A stretch of 64,000 nt of DNA from Neocallimastix sp. 'constans' (taxonomy: Eukaryota). Made by a program: the position numbers and the translations under genes. Where the stretch lies: positions 62,001 to 126,000 of the forward strand of contig JBODTK010000120.1 in the NCBI GenBank assembly GCA_050613775.1. The letters run 5' to 3'. A model generated the notes under the pieces. The model worked only from the letters and a program-made list of their open reading frames with translations, was not told the origin of the DNA and ran no database searches. The stretch's first letter is position 1. Each line of letters starts with the position of its first letter. Below are positions 41,958 through 56,567 of this stretch, in pieces.

Positions 41958-42561
41958 CCAGTTGCTTAATTATTAATTATTAAAAAGAGTAAGTTTTAGA
42001 AAGTAAAAATAATTTACATTGAATATTAATTAAAAATAAAAGAATTAAAGGAATTAAAAAAATAAAAATAAAAATAAAAATAAAATAAAATAAAATATAT
42101 AGATATATATAATAGGATATATAAATAAATATATATATAAAACTTTAAAATTATTAAAGATTATTAAATATTTTAAAAAAAAAATTATTAAAAAAAATAA
42201 AATGAACTTTAAAAAAAAAACTTCTTAAATAATTAAAAAAAAAAAAAAAAAAAAAGGGAAAGATAAAGATGAAAAAAAAATAAAGGAAAAAAAAAAAAAA
42301 AAGAAAATAATAATAATAATAAAAATAAAAAACATATTAACTTTATTTTTTTTATACATATATTTATCTATAGATTTAAATAGACTATTATTATTATTAC
42401 ACTACAAAGAATCTCTAATTTTTTTTTTTTTTTTTTTGGTTAATTATTATGTTTGATATTTATAAAAATTAGGTTCTAAATAGTTATTCTTATTAGGATT
42501 AGGATCAAAAAATTAAATGTAAAATAAAAATAATAAAAGTAATAAAAATAATAATAACAAT

Positions 42562-42594
<33 letters not shown>

Positions 42595-42714
42595 CATTTA
42601 ATAATTATTATATTCCCCAATTTTTTTTTTTTTTTTAACATCTATTATTTATTATTATTATTATTTTTATTTTATTTTTATTATGTATTAATTGTATATA
42701 TTTTAAGAGTCGTT

Positions 42715-45539
42715 TTAATAGTGATAATGTACGGACTCTATATTGGGACAGGATGCGGTATTTTGAGAATTTACTATAATTGTTGGAAGATCATTTTCTA
42801 AACTTTTTTTGTAGGTAATTTGTGGAATTGCTATATTTAAATTAGGATTATTATTATCACTTGGATTACTTGGATTATTTAAATCGATAAGAGTGGATTG
42901 ATTTGCTTCTTCTTGTTGATGATGAGTAATATCAGCTAATTCTTCTTCTAAATCACTACTCGAATCTGAAGAATAACCCTCATTATATTGATTGATTTCA
43001 TTAGAAGTAATAGTTGTAGTTGCGGTAGTCGTAGTAGTCGTAGTATTCGTATTCGTATTAATATTTGTATTCGTCGTATTTGTAACGAAATTTGTATTTG
43101 TATGATATTTTAATGATCCACTAGATTTTGCTTTTCTTTGATTTGCTAAATCATCAGGAACGGATGATATTACTTTATCATTTATTGGAAAGGAACTATA
43201 ACTAGGTACAGCAGCTAATGAAAATTTAGATTTATCTTGTATTGATTGAGATGAAAGTGAAGGGGAAGTAGAAATTTTTGGTTTTACAAGGTTAATGTCA
43301 TCGATTGGAAGGGATTTTTGATTAATAAGTTTATAGTTAAGATTGCGATATTCATCATTAATATCAGCACCAAGAGTGTATCGATGCTTTTGTTTTTTAT
43401 TTAATAAATTAGTGTTTGACGATTGGAAAGTTGAATAAGAATATCTAACTTTTGATGAATGATCTTTTTGATTATTATTATTATTAAAAAAGTTACTATT
43501 GTCACTACTGGTATAATCATTACTATTAGAATCATGAATTCTATTATTTCTTGAAAAGATAGAAGAGGAAATATTTCTAATACTGAAACGAGACAGTGAA
43601 GGTGCAATGGAGGATAGTGAATTACGATTTCCAATATATGAAGAATTTTTATTTTTATAGGAATTATAATTACTACTAACATTGGAACTAGATTCGAATT
43701 TTTCTAGATTTGGATTTGGATTTGAATTTGGATTATTCATTGCATTTTTACATTTACTTGATTCATATTTTAATAAGGCATCATTGTCAATATAACGTGA
43801 TAAACTTGGTTCACCAGTACTACTGGTATTATCTGGTACATTAGAATAAGCACTATTTGCACTAGAGGAATTTTGTCTAAGGATATATAAATTCTTATTA
43901 GAGAAATAAAAATCAACCGCATTATCTAATTTACTTGTATCATTCACATAATTATCATGATCTACTTCGTTGACATCTGTAATGCTAGTGTGTGATGTAT
44001 CATTAATATCATATTGATAGTTACTCATCGGTTTCCAACTTAAAGTTTTTATATCATTAAAGTTCATTGAATTTCTTTCAAAAGATTGAACCTGTATAAT
44101 TGACTCATTAACATTAATATCTTTATCAGCTTCACTATTTTCATTATATTTTGAACTTAAATCATCCACTGATAATGATGCTAATGGTGCAGGTGAAACC
44201 TTTAAAATTGAAGGTATCTATATAATGGAGTATATTTTAATAAGAATAATAAAATTAAAAATTGAATTAGTAATTTAATTAATTATAGAATTAATAATAA
44301 AATTAATAATAATTAATAATAGAATTAATAATAGAATTTATATATTATATTTGAATATAAATAATAAAAGTAATTTTAATTTTCTAGTTATAAAAATAAA
44401 AAAGTTTGTATATTAAAAACAAAAAATTTAAAAAAAAAAAAAAAAAAATAAAAATAATTTTTTTATCAAAATTTCATAAAGTAGTATAAGTATTAATGAT
44501 AATAATAAAAAATAAACATTAAACAATAAACAATAATAATAATAATAACAAATAAGTAAATAATACGTAATAATAATATGAAATTATAAAAATATGAAAT
44601 CATAATATATAAAAATATGAAATCATAATAAAGTGAAATCATAATAATTGCAAATTAGAAATCATTACAAAAAGTAATCACGATAATAAGTAATCATAAA
44701 TAGTAATTATAATAATATAGCAATAGTATTATTGTTTTATAAAATAGAATAATAAATAATAAATAATAAATAATAAAAAAAGTAGTATGATATTTTTACG
44801 GATAAAAATTATTTTTCTTTTAAAAAAAAAAAAAAACTATTAAAAATTTTCAATTCCATTCTATTTTTTTGATTTTGAATCTATTAATATTTACCAATTC
44901 CCTTGATTTTCTTCCTGATGTGCTAATGTTTTTAAAAGAAAAGTTTGATATGGTTGATGTTGTGAGGTTTTTAAGGGAATGTTTAGATCCATTATTATTT
45001 GATCTTGACTTATGTGAACTATGTACACTATAAGTAGGTTCAATGAATTCGTCTTTTTTAGTTGAATAAATCTTTTTGGTAATACATAGTAATAATAATA
45101 CAAATAAAGAGAAACAACCAACTAACAAAACTTGTTGATATAATCTTGTTGAAGGATTATCTATATCAGTTGATGAAGGTACTGTTTGTACATTACTTTT
45201 ATTTATTATTGTTTGTGAGGTATTTGAAATGGTTGTATATGTTGTTGATTTTGTTTTTGAGGATAATAAATTATCATTTTCTCTATTTCTATTAGATTCT
45301 TCTGTCATAGTTGGTATCTTTGAATGATTATCATTTTTAGAATCTTTATCATCCTTATCCTTATCCTTATCTTCTTCTTCTTCTTCCTTATATTCATTGT
45401 CATTGTCGTTTGAAGAATTATTCCATTTCGACTCTATTTCATGTTCATTATATGAATTTGAATCTTTTGAATCTTGATTTAACTTATCATTATCATCTTG
45501 TATTTTTATATCGTTATTTTTATCATTATTACTAAACAT
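42715..45539 (-). CDS. Hypothetical low-complexity single-pass membrane protein, about 715 aa; exons 45539-44895 and 44217-42715
   Basis: The two ORFs join in frame through a GTAAAT...TAG intron (44894-44218), giving ..RKSREL|IPSILKVSPAPLASLSVDD... One TM segment VLLVGCFSLFVLLLLCI followed by TKK. No known domain seen. Confidence 0.75.
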
Positions 45540-47109
45540 TTTTTTTTTTTTTTTTTTTTTAGATATTTAATAAATAATAATATATAATTTGAAATGCATA
45601 TAAATATATATATATATATTTTCTTTCTTTGTTTTTTTTTTTTTAATTAAAAAAAAATATTTATCCTTTTTACATATATTTGATTAAATTATATATCATT
45701 TTATAATTAAAGTGAATATATATATATATATTTTGTAAATATTAAGCTGTATTGTTTCTAAAAGTATATAATCTATATAGATTTTTATTTAATAATATTT
45801 CAAAAAAGGATTTAATAAATGAAATATATATTACAAAATTGGTATTATTATTAATACTATTAATACTATTAATAGGTTATTAAATATTATAGGTATTTTA
45901 TCAATAAAATTGAATTAATTTTAGAATTAGAATTTTAAGTTATTTGTATAATCTTCTATTATTAAAATTTTTTTACTAATATTGAATTTACAGTAATTAA
46001 ATATATTTTATTTATGTTTATTATAATTTTTTCTTATTGAAAATATTTTTTTTTATTTATTTATCTTAATATATATATATATTAAATCTACATAAATTTG
46101 ATTTTGATGTTTTCTAAATTACTATTTAATAATAGTATTAATCAATTTTTTTTTTCTTTTTTTTATTATATTTTATTATTCAAAAAATTAATTATAAAAT
46201 ATAAAAAAAAAATTTTTTTTTCTCAATATTAAAATAAATTATAATAATAATAAAAAAAAATTGTTAAAACATTTAAAAAATAAAATAAAATTTTTTTTTT
46301 TGAAATACAGTCAATATATTAATAGCAATATTGATAATATATGATGTATTTAAAAAAGAATACCGTTAATTTTTTATTTATTTTTTTTAATACCGTTATA
46401 TAGTACAATTTAATTATAAATATAAAATAAATATAAACATAAATACAAATTAATATAAATACAAATTAATATAAAATAAATAAATAAATATAAAATAAAT
46501 ATATAAATATTATTATAGAAATAGAAATATATAAAAATTTTGTAATCAAAATTTTAATTTATAAATAAAATAAATATGGAATAAGATAGCATAAAATAAA
46601 AATAAAATATAAATAAAATAAAAATATATTAAAAATTAAAAATTATTTTTTAGTGTGTATAAACTTTATTCTTTATAAATTCTGTATATTATTTTTAATT
46701 ATATTTATAATATATTATATATATTATAATATATTATATAGATGATTATATATTATATAGATTATTATATATTTTATAGATGATTATATAGATGATTAAA
46801 ATTTAGAGATGATTATATATTTTTAAGATGATTATATTATATATTATATGTTATATATTATATATGATATATTATATATTATATATTATATATTATATAG
46901 ATGATTATATTAATGGTAAATATTATTTTTATTATATTATATTACATAAATTCTAGTTTTTATTTGTTGAATCTAAAAATTAATATTTATTCTCTCTACT
47001 ATATATTAATTAAAAAATCCCCATATATTAGAATATAATAAATATTTAAAAAAGATATTATTAAATAAAAAAGTTACTTTATTGATAATTTTTTAAGTAT
47101 AAATGAATG

Positions 47110-47440
47110 AATGAATAAATAATAAATAATAAATAATAAATAATAAATAATAAATAATAAATAATAAATAATAAATAATTGAATAATAAATAATAAATAA
47201 TAAATAATAAATAATAAATAATAAAATAATAATAATAAATAATAAATAATAAATAATAAATAATAAATGATAAATAATAAATGATAAATAATAAATGATA
47301 AATAATAAATAATAAATAATAAATAATAAATAATAAGTAATAAATAATAAATAATAAATAATAAATAATAAATAATAAGTAATAAATAATAAATAATAAA
47401 TAATTGAATAATAATTAATAAATAATAAATAATAAATAAT
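47110..47440. repeat. (AATAAAT)n heptamer microsatellite
   Basis: Direct reading. Confidence 0.9.
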
Positions 47441-47582
47441 ATAATTATTTATTATTCATTCATTCATTGAAAATAAATAAAAATAAATAAATGTATATAA
47501 AAAAAGAACTTTATTAAATAATATAAAGATTAGAAATTTTTTTACTACTTATACAGATACAGATAAAAGAAAAACTCATAAT

Positions 47583-47616
<34 letters not shown>

Positions 47617-47991
47617 ATTTTTAATTTATTTGGTTAAATAATTTAATAGATATATTTTATATTTTATATTTTCTATAATAAAAAAAAAAAAAAATAAAAA
47701 GATATAAAAAAATTTATCAAAAAAAATTATAATGTTAAACTATATATAGAATAAATAATACATGTGAATTATTTAAATAGATATATTAAAGAAAAAAAAT
47801 AGAAAAATAGATAATAATAAAAATAAGTATAAACATAAAATAGATATTTATTAAGAAGAGAAATTTTTTTTTTAATATATAAAAAAAATTTAATAATATA
47901 AAATAATAGAATAGAAATACATTCCTATCGAATTAAAAAAAAAATATTTTTTAATTCTTAAAATTTTTTTTTTTTTTTTTTTTGTAATATT

Positions 47992-49827
47992 TTAATTTTT
48001 ATTAATGCCACCATCTCCAGCTAAAACCATCTCATAATATTCTCCTTTTTTATTCATTAATTCTTCATGATTTCCCATTTCAATAATTCTTCCTTCTTTC
48101 ATCACAACAATAATATCTGCATTTTTAACGGTGGATAAACGATGAGCAATAATCATCGTGGTACGTCCTTGAGAGGCTTCTTCTAATGCCTTTTGAACAA
48201 TTAATTCAGATTCGGCATCTAAGGCGGATGTTGCTTCATCTAATAGTAATACCTTTGGATTACGAACGATTGCTCGAGCAATAGCAACACGCTGTTTTTG
48301 ACCACCACTCATTTGGGAGGTACCTAGTCCACCCACTAAAGTATCATAACCTTCTGGAAGGGATACAATAAAGTTATGAATATTGGCCTTTTTAGCGGCT
48401 TCATAAATTTCTTCATCGGTGGCCTCCTCCTTACCATAACGAATATTATCCTTAATAGAGATATTGAAGAGACTTGGCTCCTGATTAACAATTCCTATGT
48501 GTTCACGTAGCCATTTAATATTATATTCTGTATTTCCATGACCGTCCACAAGAATTTCACCATGTTTAGGATCGTACCAACGTAGTAGTAAACCTATAAG
48601 AGTACTCTTACCACAACCAGAGCCACCAACAAGAGCTAACATTTTACCTTCTGGAACTTCAATTTTGTTATTTCCTAGTCGTAAAACAGTAAGGTTAGGA
48701 CGTGATGGATAACTGAAACGAAGATGGTTGAAGGAAATATTACCTTCGAAGTTGGTCTTTCGAATACCATTAGGATCACTGGCATTAATTTTTGAGGGAC
48801 GATCAATAATTTCTAAAATGTGGTTGAAGGCTTCCACTGCCTTAGTATAATCGTAAGTAATAGAACTTGTTCGACCCACCGCCATGGCCGTAAAAATAAT
48901 AGCCATTAAAACTTTGAAGGTACTCAGAAAATCTAATTCCTCATTTTTCATGAAGATGGCTCCCAGGTAAAAACCAATGTTGTAAGCAAAATATGCCACG
49001 GCATTACTGAATCCGGCACCCATCCCACTAATATAGTAGTTACGTTCAAGACGTTTTTTAGGCTCTATTAATTTTTTGTCATATAATTTACAGAAATGAT
49101 CTTCTAAGTTAAGGGAGTAAACTGTCTTAATATTAACGATGGCTTCTACAGCCACCTTGGTACTATTTTCAAGAATATGACGTTTTTCTTCACTTTTATC
49201 TTTATCGGCATTCATTTCAAGGAAGGTACCGATGAAGAGGAAAGGAACCGTAACTAATAGAATTAAAGTTAATTTCCAACTGTTGTAGAAGGCAATAGCG
49301 AAGCCGACTACTATCGTAACAATAATTTCCAAAATAGTTCCTATATTTGTATTTAAATTATGAACTAAACCAGCTTCTGTAGCCAATTTAGCTGTTAAAG
49401 TACCTGTACTTGTTGTTGCTGTTGTTGTAGCTGTTTTGTGACTACTACCGATGGTATTGCTATCAAAGAAACCCACTTCTTGTCGAATCATAGAATTATA
49501 CATTTCTTTACGGAGGGCATAAGATAGATAAGCCCCCGCCGTCGAGAAACCTCCAATTTCCCAATTAAATGAAATTAGATTAGCAATTCCAAAAAATATA
49601 AACATTAAACTCCAGAATTTACTATCCTCTATTAATTTTTCACCTCGTTCATTAAATACATTCAATGCAGAAGCAAGTATGAAAGCAAAAGCAGGTTGAA
49701 GACAACCATTGAATATAGCTCCTATACAACCTAATAAATTAGCCCACCATGCAGGTTTATTATAAATAAAGTAACGTTTCCAATTCATATTAGGGATGAT
49801 ACCTCTTTTAGGAATAAGAGTAGTAGA

Positions 49828-49883
<56 letters not shown>

Positions 49884-52605
49884 TAATATTAGATTTAAAA
49901 CTAGATATAGTGGTTTGACGATGTTCGACAGGAGTATTAGATATATTTGAAATAATACGAGATAGAGTTATTGATACCCGTTTCTTTAAATATTCAGCCT
50001 CAGAAGCAGGAACATTATATTCAGTAATATCTGTTGATTTTTTAGTCATAGAAACTGAATTAAATTTATTATTATCAACATCATTAATATTATTACTATT
50101 ATCCTTATCGTAATTATGATCATGATCATGATCATCATCATCTTCTTCTTCATCTGAAATTTTAGTTTTATGAATATTCATTTCTTGATTCTTGACAAGA
50201 TTATAGTAGACACTCTTTTTAGTCATTAATTCATTATGATTACCAGATTCAATGATAACCCCCTTATCCATAACGATAATTAAATCTGCATCTTTCACGG
50301 TGGTAAGACGATGAGCTATTACTAGAGTTGTTCGACCGGAAGAAGCAGAATCTAAGGCTGCTTGAACGACCTTTTCGGATTGATTATCTAAAGCCGAGGT
50401 TGCTTCATCTAATAATAAAATTTTTGGATTCGTCATGAGAGCACGTGCAATACAAATACGTTGCTTCTGTCCTCCACTTAATTGAAGGCCTCTTTCTCCG
50501 GTACTCGTTTGATAACCTTTTGGTAATTTTGAAATGAATTCATGAGCATTAGCTAATTTAGCTGCCACTTCAATTTCTTCTTGAGTAGCCTCTGGACAAT
50601 TAATACTAATATTTTCAGCAATGGTGGCATCAAATAAAGTGGGCTCCTGTGAAACCAGTCCTATTTGAGTTCGCAACCAATGAATATTGTAGTGATCGAT
50701 CGGTTGACCATCAATTAAGATCTCACCACCATCACCACCTTCTTCACTCGTCACGTAATATCTTTCTAATAATTGAATGATAGTGGATTTACCGGAACCG
50801 GAAGCCCCTACAAGAGCAATCATTTGACCTGGATGACATTTAAAACTGATACCTTTTAAAATTTCAACCTCTGGTCTTGATGGATAAGAAAAATGAACAT
50901 TACGAAATTCAATGTCACCATGAATTGGTCCTCTTGGACGTTCACCAACTTTGGTATCAATCTTTGGCTTTCTCTCAATGATATGAAATAAGTTTGAGGC
51001 AGCTCCGGTAGCTTCACTAAACGCATTCATAATATTTCCACAACCAGAAAATGACATTGCTCCCATTATCACACTCATGAGTACCTTTAAAACATCACTA
51101 CCTTCCATCTTGCCGTCATTAATGTAGTGTGAACCCCTTATGAAGGCAATACTATAGGAACAGTAAACTATACAAAATATTAAGCCCAAGCAAGTACCAA
51201 AGGTTTGACATTTAATGATTTCGTATTTTTTAGTTGGTTTTAATTTATGGACGTAACGATCAATTTCCTTTTCTTCATTACCAAAGGAAACAATTGTACG
51301 AATTTGAGAGAAAGCTTCCTGAGCAATACCACCCAATTCAGCATATGTATCTTGTGATTTTTTAGTATACTTTGTTAAAATTGAACCTGAAATAGTGACA
51401 ACGATAATGAGAATAGGTAAAATGATAGCCATACTTAAAGTTAACTTCCAACCAATGAGGAAAGCCATGACGAAGCAAGCTACAAAAGTACAAATATTTT
51501 GAAGCAAAATTCCAAATTTATTACCAATTCCTTCTTCAATTAAAATTGAGTCACTAATAATTCTTGAGGATAATTCACCTGGACTTGTTTTTTCATGCCA
51601 AGCAATTTCTTGTTTCAAGAGAGAACGGAAAGCCATCGAACGAATTCTTGTTGTTTGGCGGGATGAAGAAACTGTTAAGAAGGCATTGAAGAGGAAAGAA
51701 GCAACAAAGGAAACTATTCCAATGATAGTATAAATGATTAAAAATTCATAAATTTTATGGAAAATAGTATCCATCGTTTCGTACCTAAAGCTACTTTGAG
51801 AATCACTAAAATTATAACTTGAGTATTCTGATTGTTGAAATTGTTCCATAATCTTTTGAAGATTAATTTCTGGATATTTTTGACTAAAACTAATTATATT
51901 ACTTGTGACATTTCCAGATTTATTTATAATAATTTTGTCCCATAATTCCTTTAAGATATCATCATCCTTAATACCAGTAATATTTTTCATAGTTGTATTA
52001 ATCACAAGTAAGGAATAATCATTTGTAATTTCACCCATATAATTAATCCTTTATTATTATTATTATAATTATTATATTTTTAAAAAAATATATGTATGTA
52101 TATATAAATTAATAAAAATAATTAATGAATTATTATTAAATTTTATTATTTTCAAATAATAAATTTTTTAATTTAAAATAATATATTTAATTATATATAA
52201 AAGTATATATATGAATTAAATTTTATATCTTAAAGTAATAAATTTTTAATTAAAATATATTTAATTATATATATGTGTATATAAATATGTAATATGTAAT
52301 TTATATATATGCATATTTATACTAATAAATACTCATAATATATAAATATATTAAGAAAATGATACAAATCGTAATTTTAAAAATTAATAAAAAAAAAAAA
52401 AAAAAAAAAAAAAAACTAACATTATTGGAAGAGTAAGTCCTTGTACAAGAGCACTAAGTACACTAATAAGAATCATGACCTTTTCTTTACCAGTTGAAAA
52501 TTTATAGAGTTGGAAATAAGAAACATCTTTAACTTTTTCTCCTCCAACTTCATTTACTATAGGTTGTTGTTGATTCTTATCTTTAGAACTCTTATTAGAT
52601 TTCAT
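47992..52605 (-). CDS. Full-size ABCB (MDR/P-glycoprotein-type) transporter, about 1413 aa; exons 52605-52421 and 52048-47992
   Basis: TMD-NBD-TMD-NBD order; Walker A GASGSGKST and GGSGCGKST; signatures LSGGQKQR and MSGGQKQR; LLLDEATSALD twice. Exon 1 (VSYFQLYKFS..SALVQGLTLPI) splices GTTAGT..AAG in frame. Confidence 0.95.
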
Positions 52606-53279
52606 TTTTTTTTTTTTTAAATAACTTTTAATTTTAAATTATAAAAATGTATATATTTAATATATATATTGTAAATAATTTTAATTCTAAAAGAAATAAT
52701 ATAAATATAATAGTTATTTTATTTTATTTTATTTTATTTTATTTTTATTTTTATTTTTTTATCTTTTAAATAGTAATATTATAATAATAATATTAATTTT
52801 TTTTTAATCTTTATATCAAGATAATAATAATAATTATAAAAAAACTCCACAAATTAACAAAAATAAAAAAAAAAAAAAACGTTTTTGTTTTATTTTATAT
52901 ATTAAATAATTTAATAGTTATTTAGTTTTTAATGATTTCTTTTTTTAATAGTACTAAACCAGTCACAAAGGTTGGAATGGTTGGTATAGTACTAAATTTT
53001 ACAAAAAATAAAGAAAAAAAATTAAAAAGAAATAAAACTTGAATATAAAGATAAAGTAAATTTATGTATATATAATTTTTTATTTGCATGAAAATTCACT
53101 TCTATTTATACTTTTTTATTTAATAAAAAAATTATATAAAAAATAAAAAAATAATAACTAATAAATGTTAAAAGAAGAGAAAGTAAAAAAAAAAATGAAA
53201 ATTTTATTTGATTGATTGGAATAAATTGAAAAATAAAAAGTTCTACTTAACCACTACTAGTCAAAGTAAAATAAAAATA

Positions 53280-53795
53280 ATAGTAAAAAAAAAAAATAAT
53301 AAAATAAACCTATAAAATATATTGATTTATAATCGATTTTAAATGGAATATTTTTGATTTTTTTATTTCATATAAAAATAAAAATTAAAAAAAGTATATA
53401 TATATTTAAATAAATATATATATAAATAAATAGATAAATATGTAAATAAATAATTAATTAATTAATAAAAAATAAATAATTATAAATAATAAATAATAAA
53501 CAATAAATAATAAATAATTGAATAATAAATAATAAATATTAAATAATAAAATAATAAATAATTGAATAATAAATAATTGAATAATAAATAATAAATAATA
53601 AATAATAAATAATAAATAATAAATAATAAATAATAAATAATAAATAATAGAATAATAGAATAAATAATAAATAATAAATAATAAATAATAAATAATGGAA
53701 AAATAAAAGTAAAAAAAAATAATAAAATAAACCTATAAAATATATTGATTTATAATCGATTTTAAATGGAATACTTTAGATTTTTTTATTTCAAT
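53280..53795. repeat. About 90-bp direct duplication separated by an AATAAAT array
   Basis: AAATAAACCTATAAAATATATTGATTTATAATCGATTTTAAATGGAATA occurs at about 53302 and 53725. Confidence 0.85.
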
Positions 53796-53854
53796 ATGTA
53801 AATAGATAATTAATTAATAAATAATAAATAATAAATAATAATAAATAATAAATA

Positions 53855-54095
53855 ATAAATAATAAATAATAGATAATAAATAATGGAATAATAAATAATA
53901 AATAAATAATAGATAATAAATAATGGAATAATAAATAATAAATAAATAATAGATAATAAATAATGGAATAATAAATAATAAATAAATAATAGATAATAAA
54001 TAATGGAATAATAAATAATGGAATAATAAATAATAAATAAATAATAGATAATAAATAATGGAATAATAAATAATAAATAAATAATAGATAATAAA
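53855..54095. repeat. About 39-bp higher-order repeat built from AATAAAT units
   Basis: AATAGATAATAAATAATGGAATAATAAATAATAAATAAAT-type unit, about 5-6 copies. Confidence 0.8.
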
Positions 54096-54762
54096 TAAAA
54101 AGTAAATAAGTAAAATTTAAAAATTTTTTAATGTTTAAATTTAAAATTCTGAATATAATAAAATATAAATATAAGTATACTAAATATTTTATTTTATTTT
54201 TATAAGAATGGCGTTTTTCTATATTTAAAAATTATGTTAATAATATATTATATCCATATATTTCAATATATTGTTAATATAAAGAAACAAAATATTTATA
54301 TTGAATAAAAAATATAAAAAAATAATAAAATAATTAAAATAATTAATTAAAAAAAAAAAATAAAAAATAAATAATTAAAAAAAAATAAAAAAAAATTAAA
54401 AAAAAAAAAAATAAATATAAACCAATGAATATAAATTATAACTAATTATTAATAATTTATAATTAATATATTTTATTTAGGTAATTTATAATTAATATAT
54501 TTTATATATGGCGGAAAACGAAAATTAATAAAGAAAAAAAAATGAAGAACTTTAATGCTGCTACACAGTAAAACATATAAATATTAATATTAGAGTTTTT
54601 ATATATACTATTTCATTAATAATTATATATTTAGCATATATATGTATATTGGATTCTATTTTTATAGGTATAATATATATATATATACATAATATATTAA
54701 TCAAATTCCCTTTCAGATAATAATTTTAATTCTAAATCTAATTCTAATTCTAATTCTAATTC

Positions 54763-54802
<40 letters not shown>

Positions 54803-54880
54803 TCTAATAATAATAATAATAATAATAAGTAATAATAAGTAATAATAATAATAATAATAATAAAAATAGTTTGTATAATA

Positions 54881-55257
54881 ATGGCGTAGAATCTTCGTAG
54901 AAAAGGAACTTCTATTAATAAAAAATGATTGACATTACTACGATATAAAACCTATAAGAAATCCATCAATAGATTATAATTGACATGACATAATACCTTT
55001 ATGGAACTCATCATTAAAATATAATTGATATAGCATAAAACCTTTATAGAGCCCTTCATTAAAATATTATTAGCATGGCGTAAGACTTTCATGGAAAGAG
55101 AATTACCATTAATAAAATTAATATAATATAATTAGTATTGGTCTGAAACCTTTACAGAAAGCATTACCATTAATGAAAAATGCTTAATATCTCGTAAAAC
55201 ATTTATAGAAATGAAATCATCATTAAGTTTATTTAATGATTAATGCGATGTAAATCT
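54881..55257. repeat. Degenerate 45-60 bp tandem array, about 7-8 units
   Basis: Recurring ATGGCGTAAAACCTTTATAGAA...CATTAA..ATAATT-like unit. Confidence 0.75.
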
Positions 55258-55604
55258 AAACTAGGATTATTCTCTATATATATAATATTGGATTAAAATT
55301 AAAATAATTAAAAAAAATATATATATATATTATATAATGAAAGGAAATCTGTACTATTCGCTGTCATACCAAATTATTTTTTAACAAAATAATTAGGTTA
55401 TGAGGGTGAAATATTAAAAAACTTATAAATATTACACATACATTATTGAATTCAAAATATTTTACATTAATGTAATCATATTGTAATAATATAAAACATA
55501 TCTATTATGTAAAGTTAAATTTTAATCTTTAAAAATAATTAATATAGTAAAATTGACATTATTTTAGATCTAATTCTTAATTTGTATCAGTAATAAAAAT
55601 AATT

Positions 55605-56440
55605 ATAAATAATTGAATAATAAATAATAAATAATAAATAATAAATAATAAATAATAAATAATAAATAATAAATAATAAATAATAAATAATAAATAATAA
55701 ATAATAAATAATAAATAATAAATAATAAATAATAAATAATAAATAATAAATAATAAATAATAAATAATAAATAATAAATAATAAATAATAAATAATAAAT
55801 AATAAATAATAAATAATAAATAATAAATAATAAATAATAAATAATAAATAATAAATAATAAATAATAAATAATAAATAATAAATAATAAATAATAAATAA
55901 TAAATAATAAATAATTGAATAATAAATAATAAATAATAAATAATAAATAATTAATAATAAATAATAAATAATAAATAATAAATAATAAATAATAAATAAT
56001 AAATAATAAATAATTAATAATAAATAATAAATAATTAATAATAAATAATAAATAATAAATAATTGAATAATAAATAATAAATAATAAATAATAAATAATA
56101 AATAATAAATAAATGAATAATAAATAATAAATAATAAATAATAAATAATAAATAATAAATAATTGAATAATAAATAATAAATAATAAATAATAAATAATT
56201 AATAATAAATAATAAATAATAAATAATAAATAATAAATAATAAATAATTAATAATAAATAATAAATAATAAATAATAAATAATAAATAATAAATAATAAA
56301 TAATAAATAATAAATAATAAATAATAAATAATTAATAATAAATAATTGAATAATAAATAATAAATAATAAATAATTGAATAATAAATAATAATTAATAAT
56401 TAATAAATAATAAATAATTGAATAATAATTAATGAAATAA
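55605..56440. repeat. Long (AATAAAT)n heptamer array, about 830 bp
   Basis: Direct reading; a pure stretch followed by AATTAAT/AATTGAAT variants. Confidence 0.95.
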
Positions 56441-56533
56441 TAAAATAATGAAATAATCAACAATCAATAATCAATAATGGAATAATTAATAATTAATAAT
56501 AAAAAATATATAAATAAAGATGTTACAAATAAA

Positions 56534-56567
<34 letters not shown>

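Noticed and set aside
54881..55257. CRISPR-like array
   Set aside because: Repeats are not identical, intervening parts are related to each other, no cas genes, eukaryotic context.
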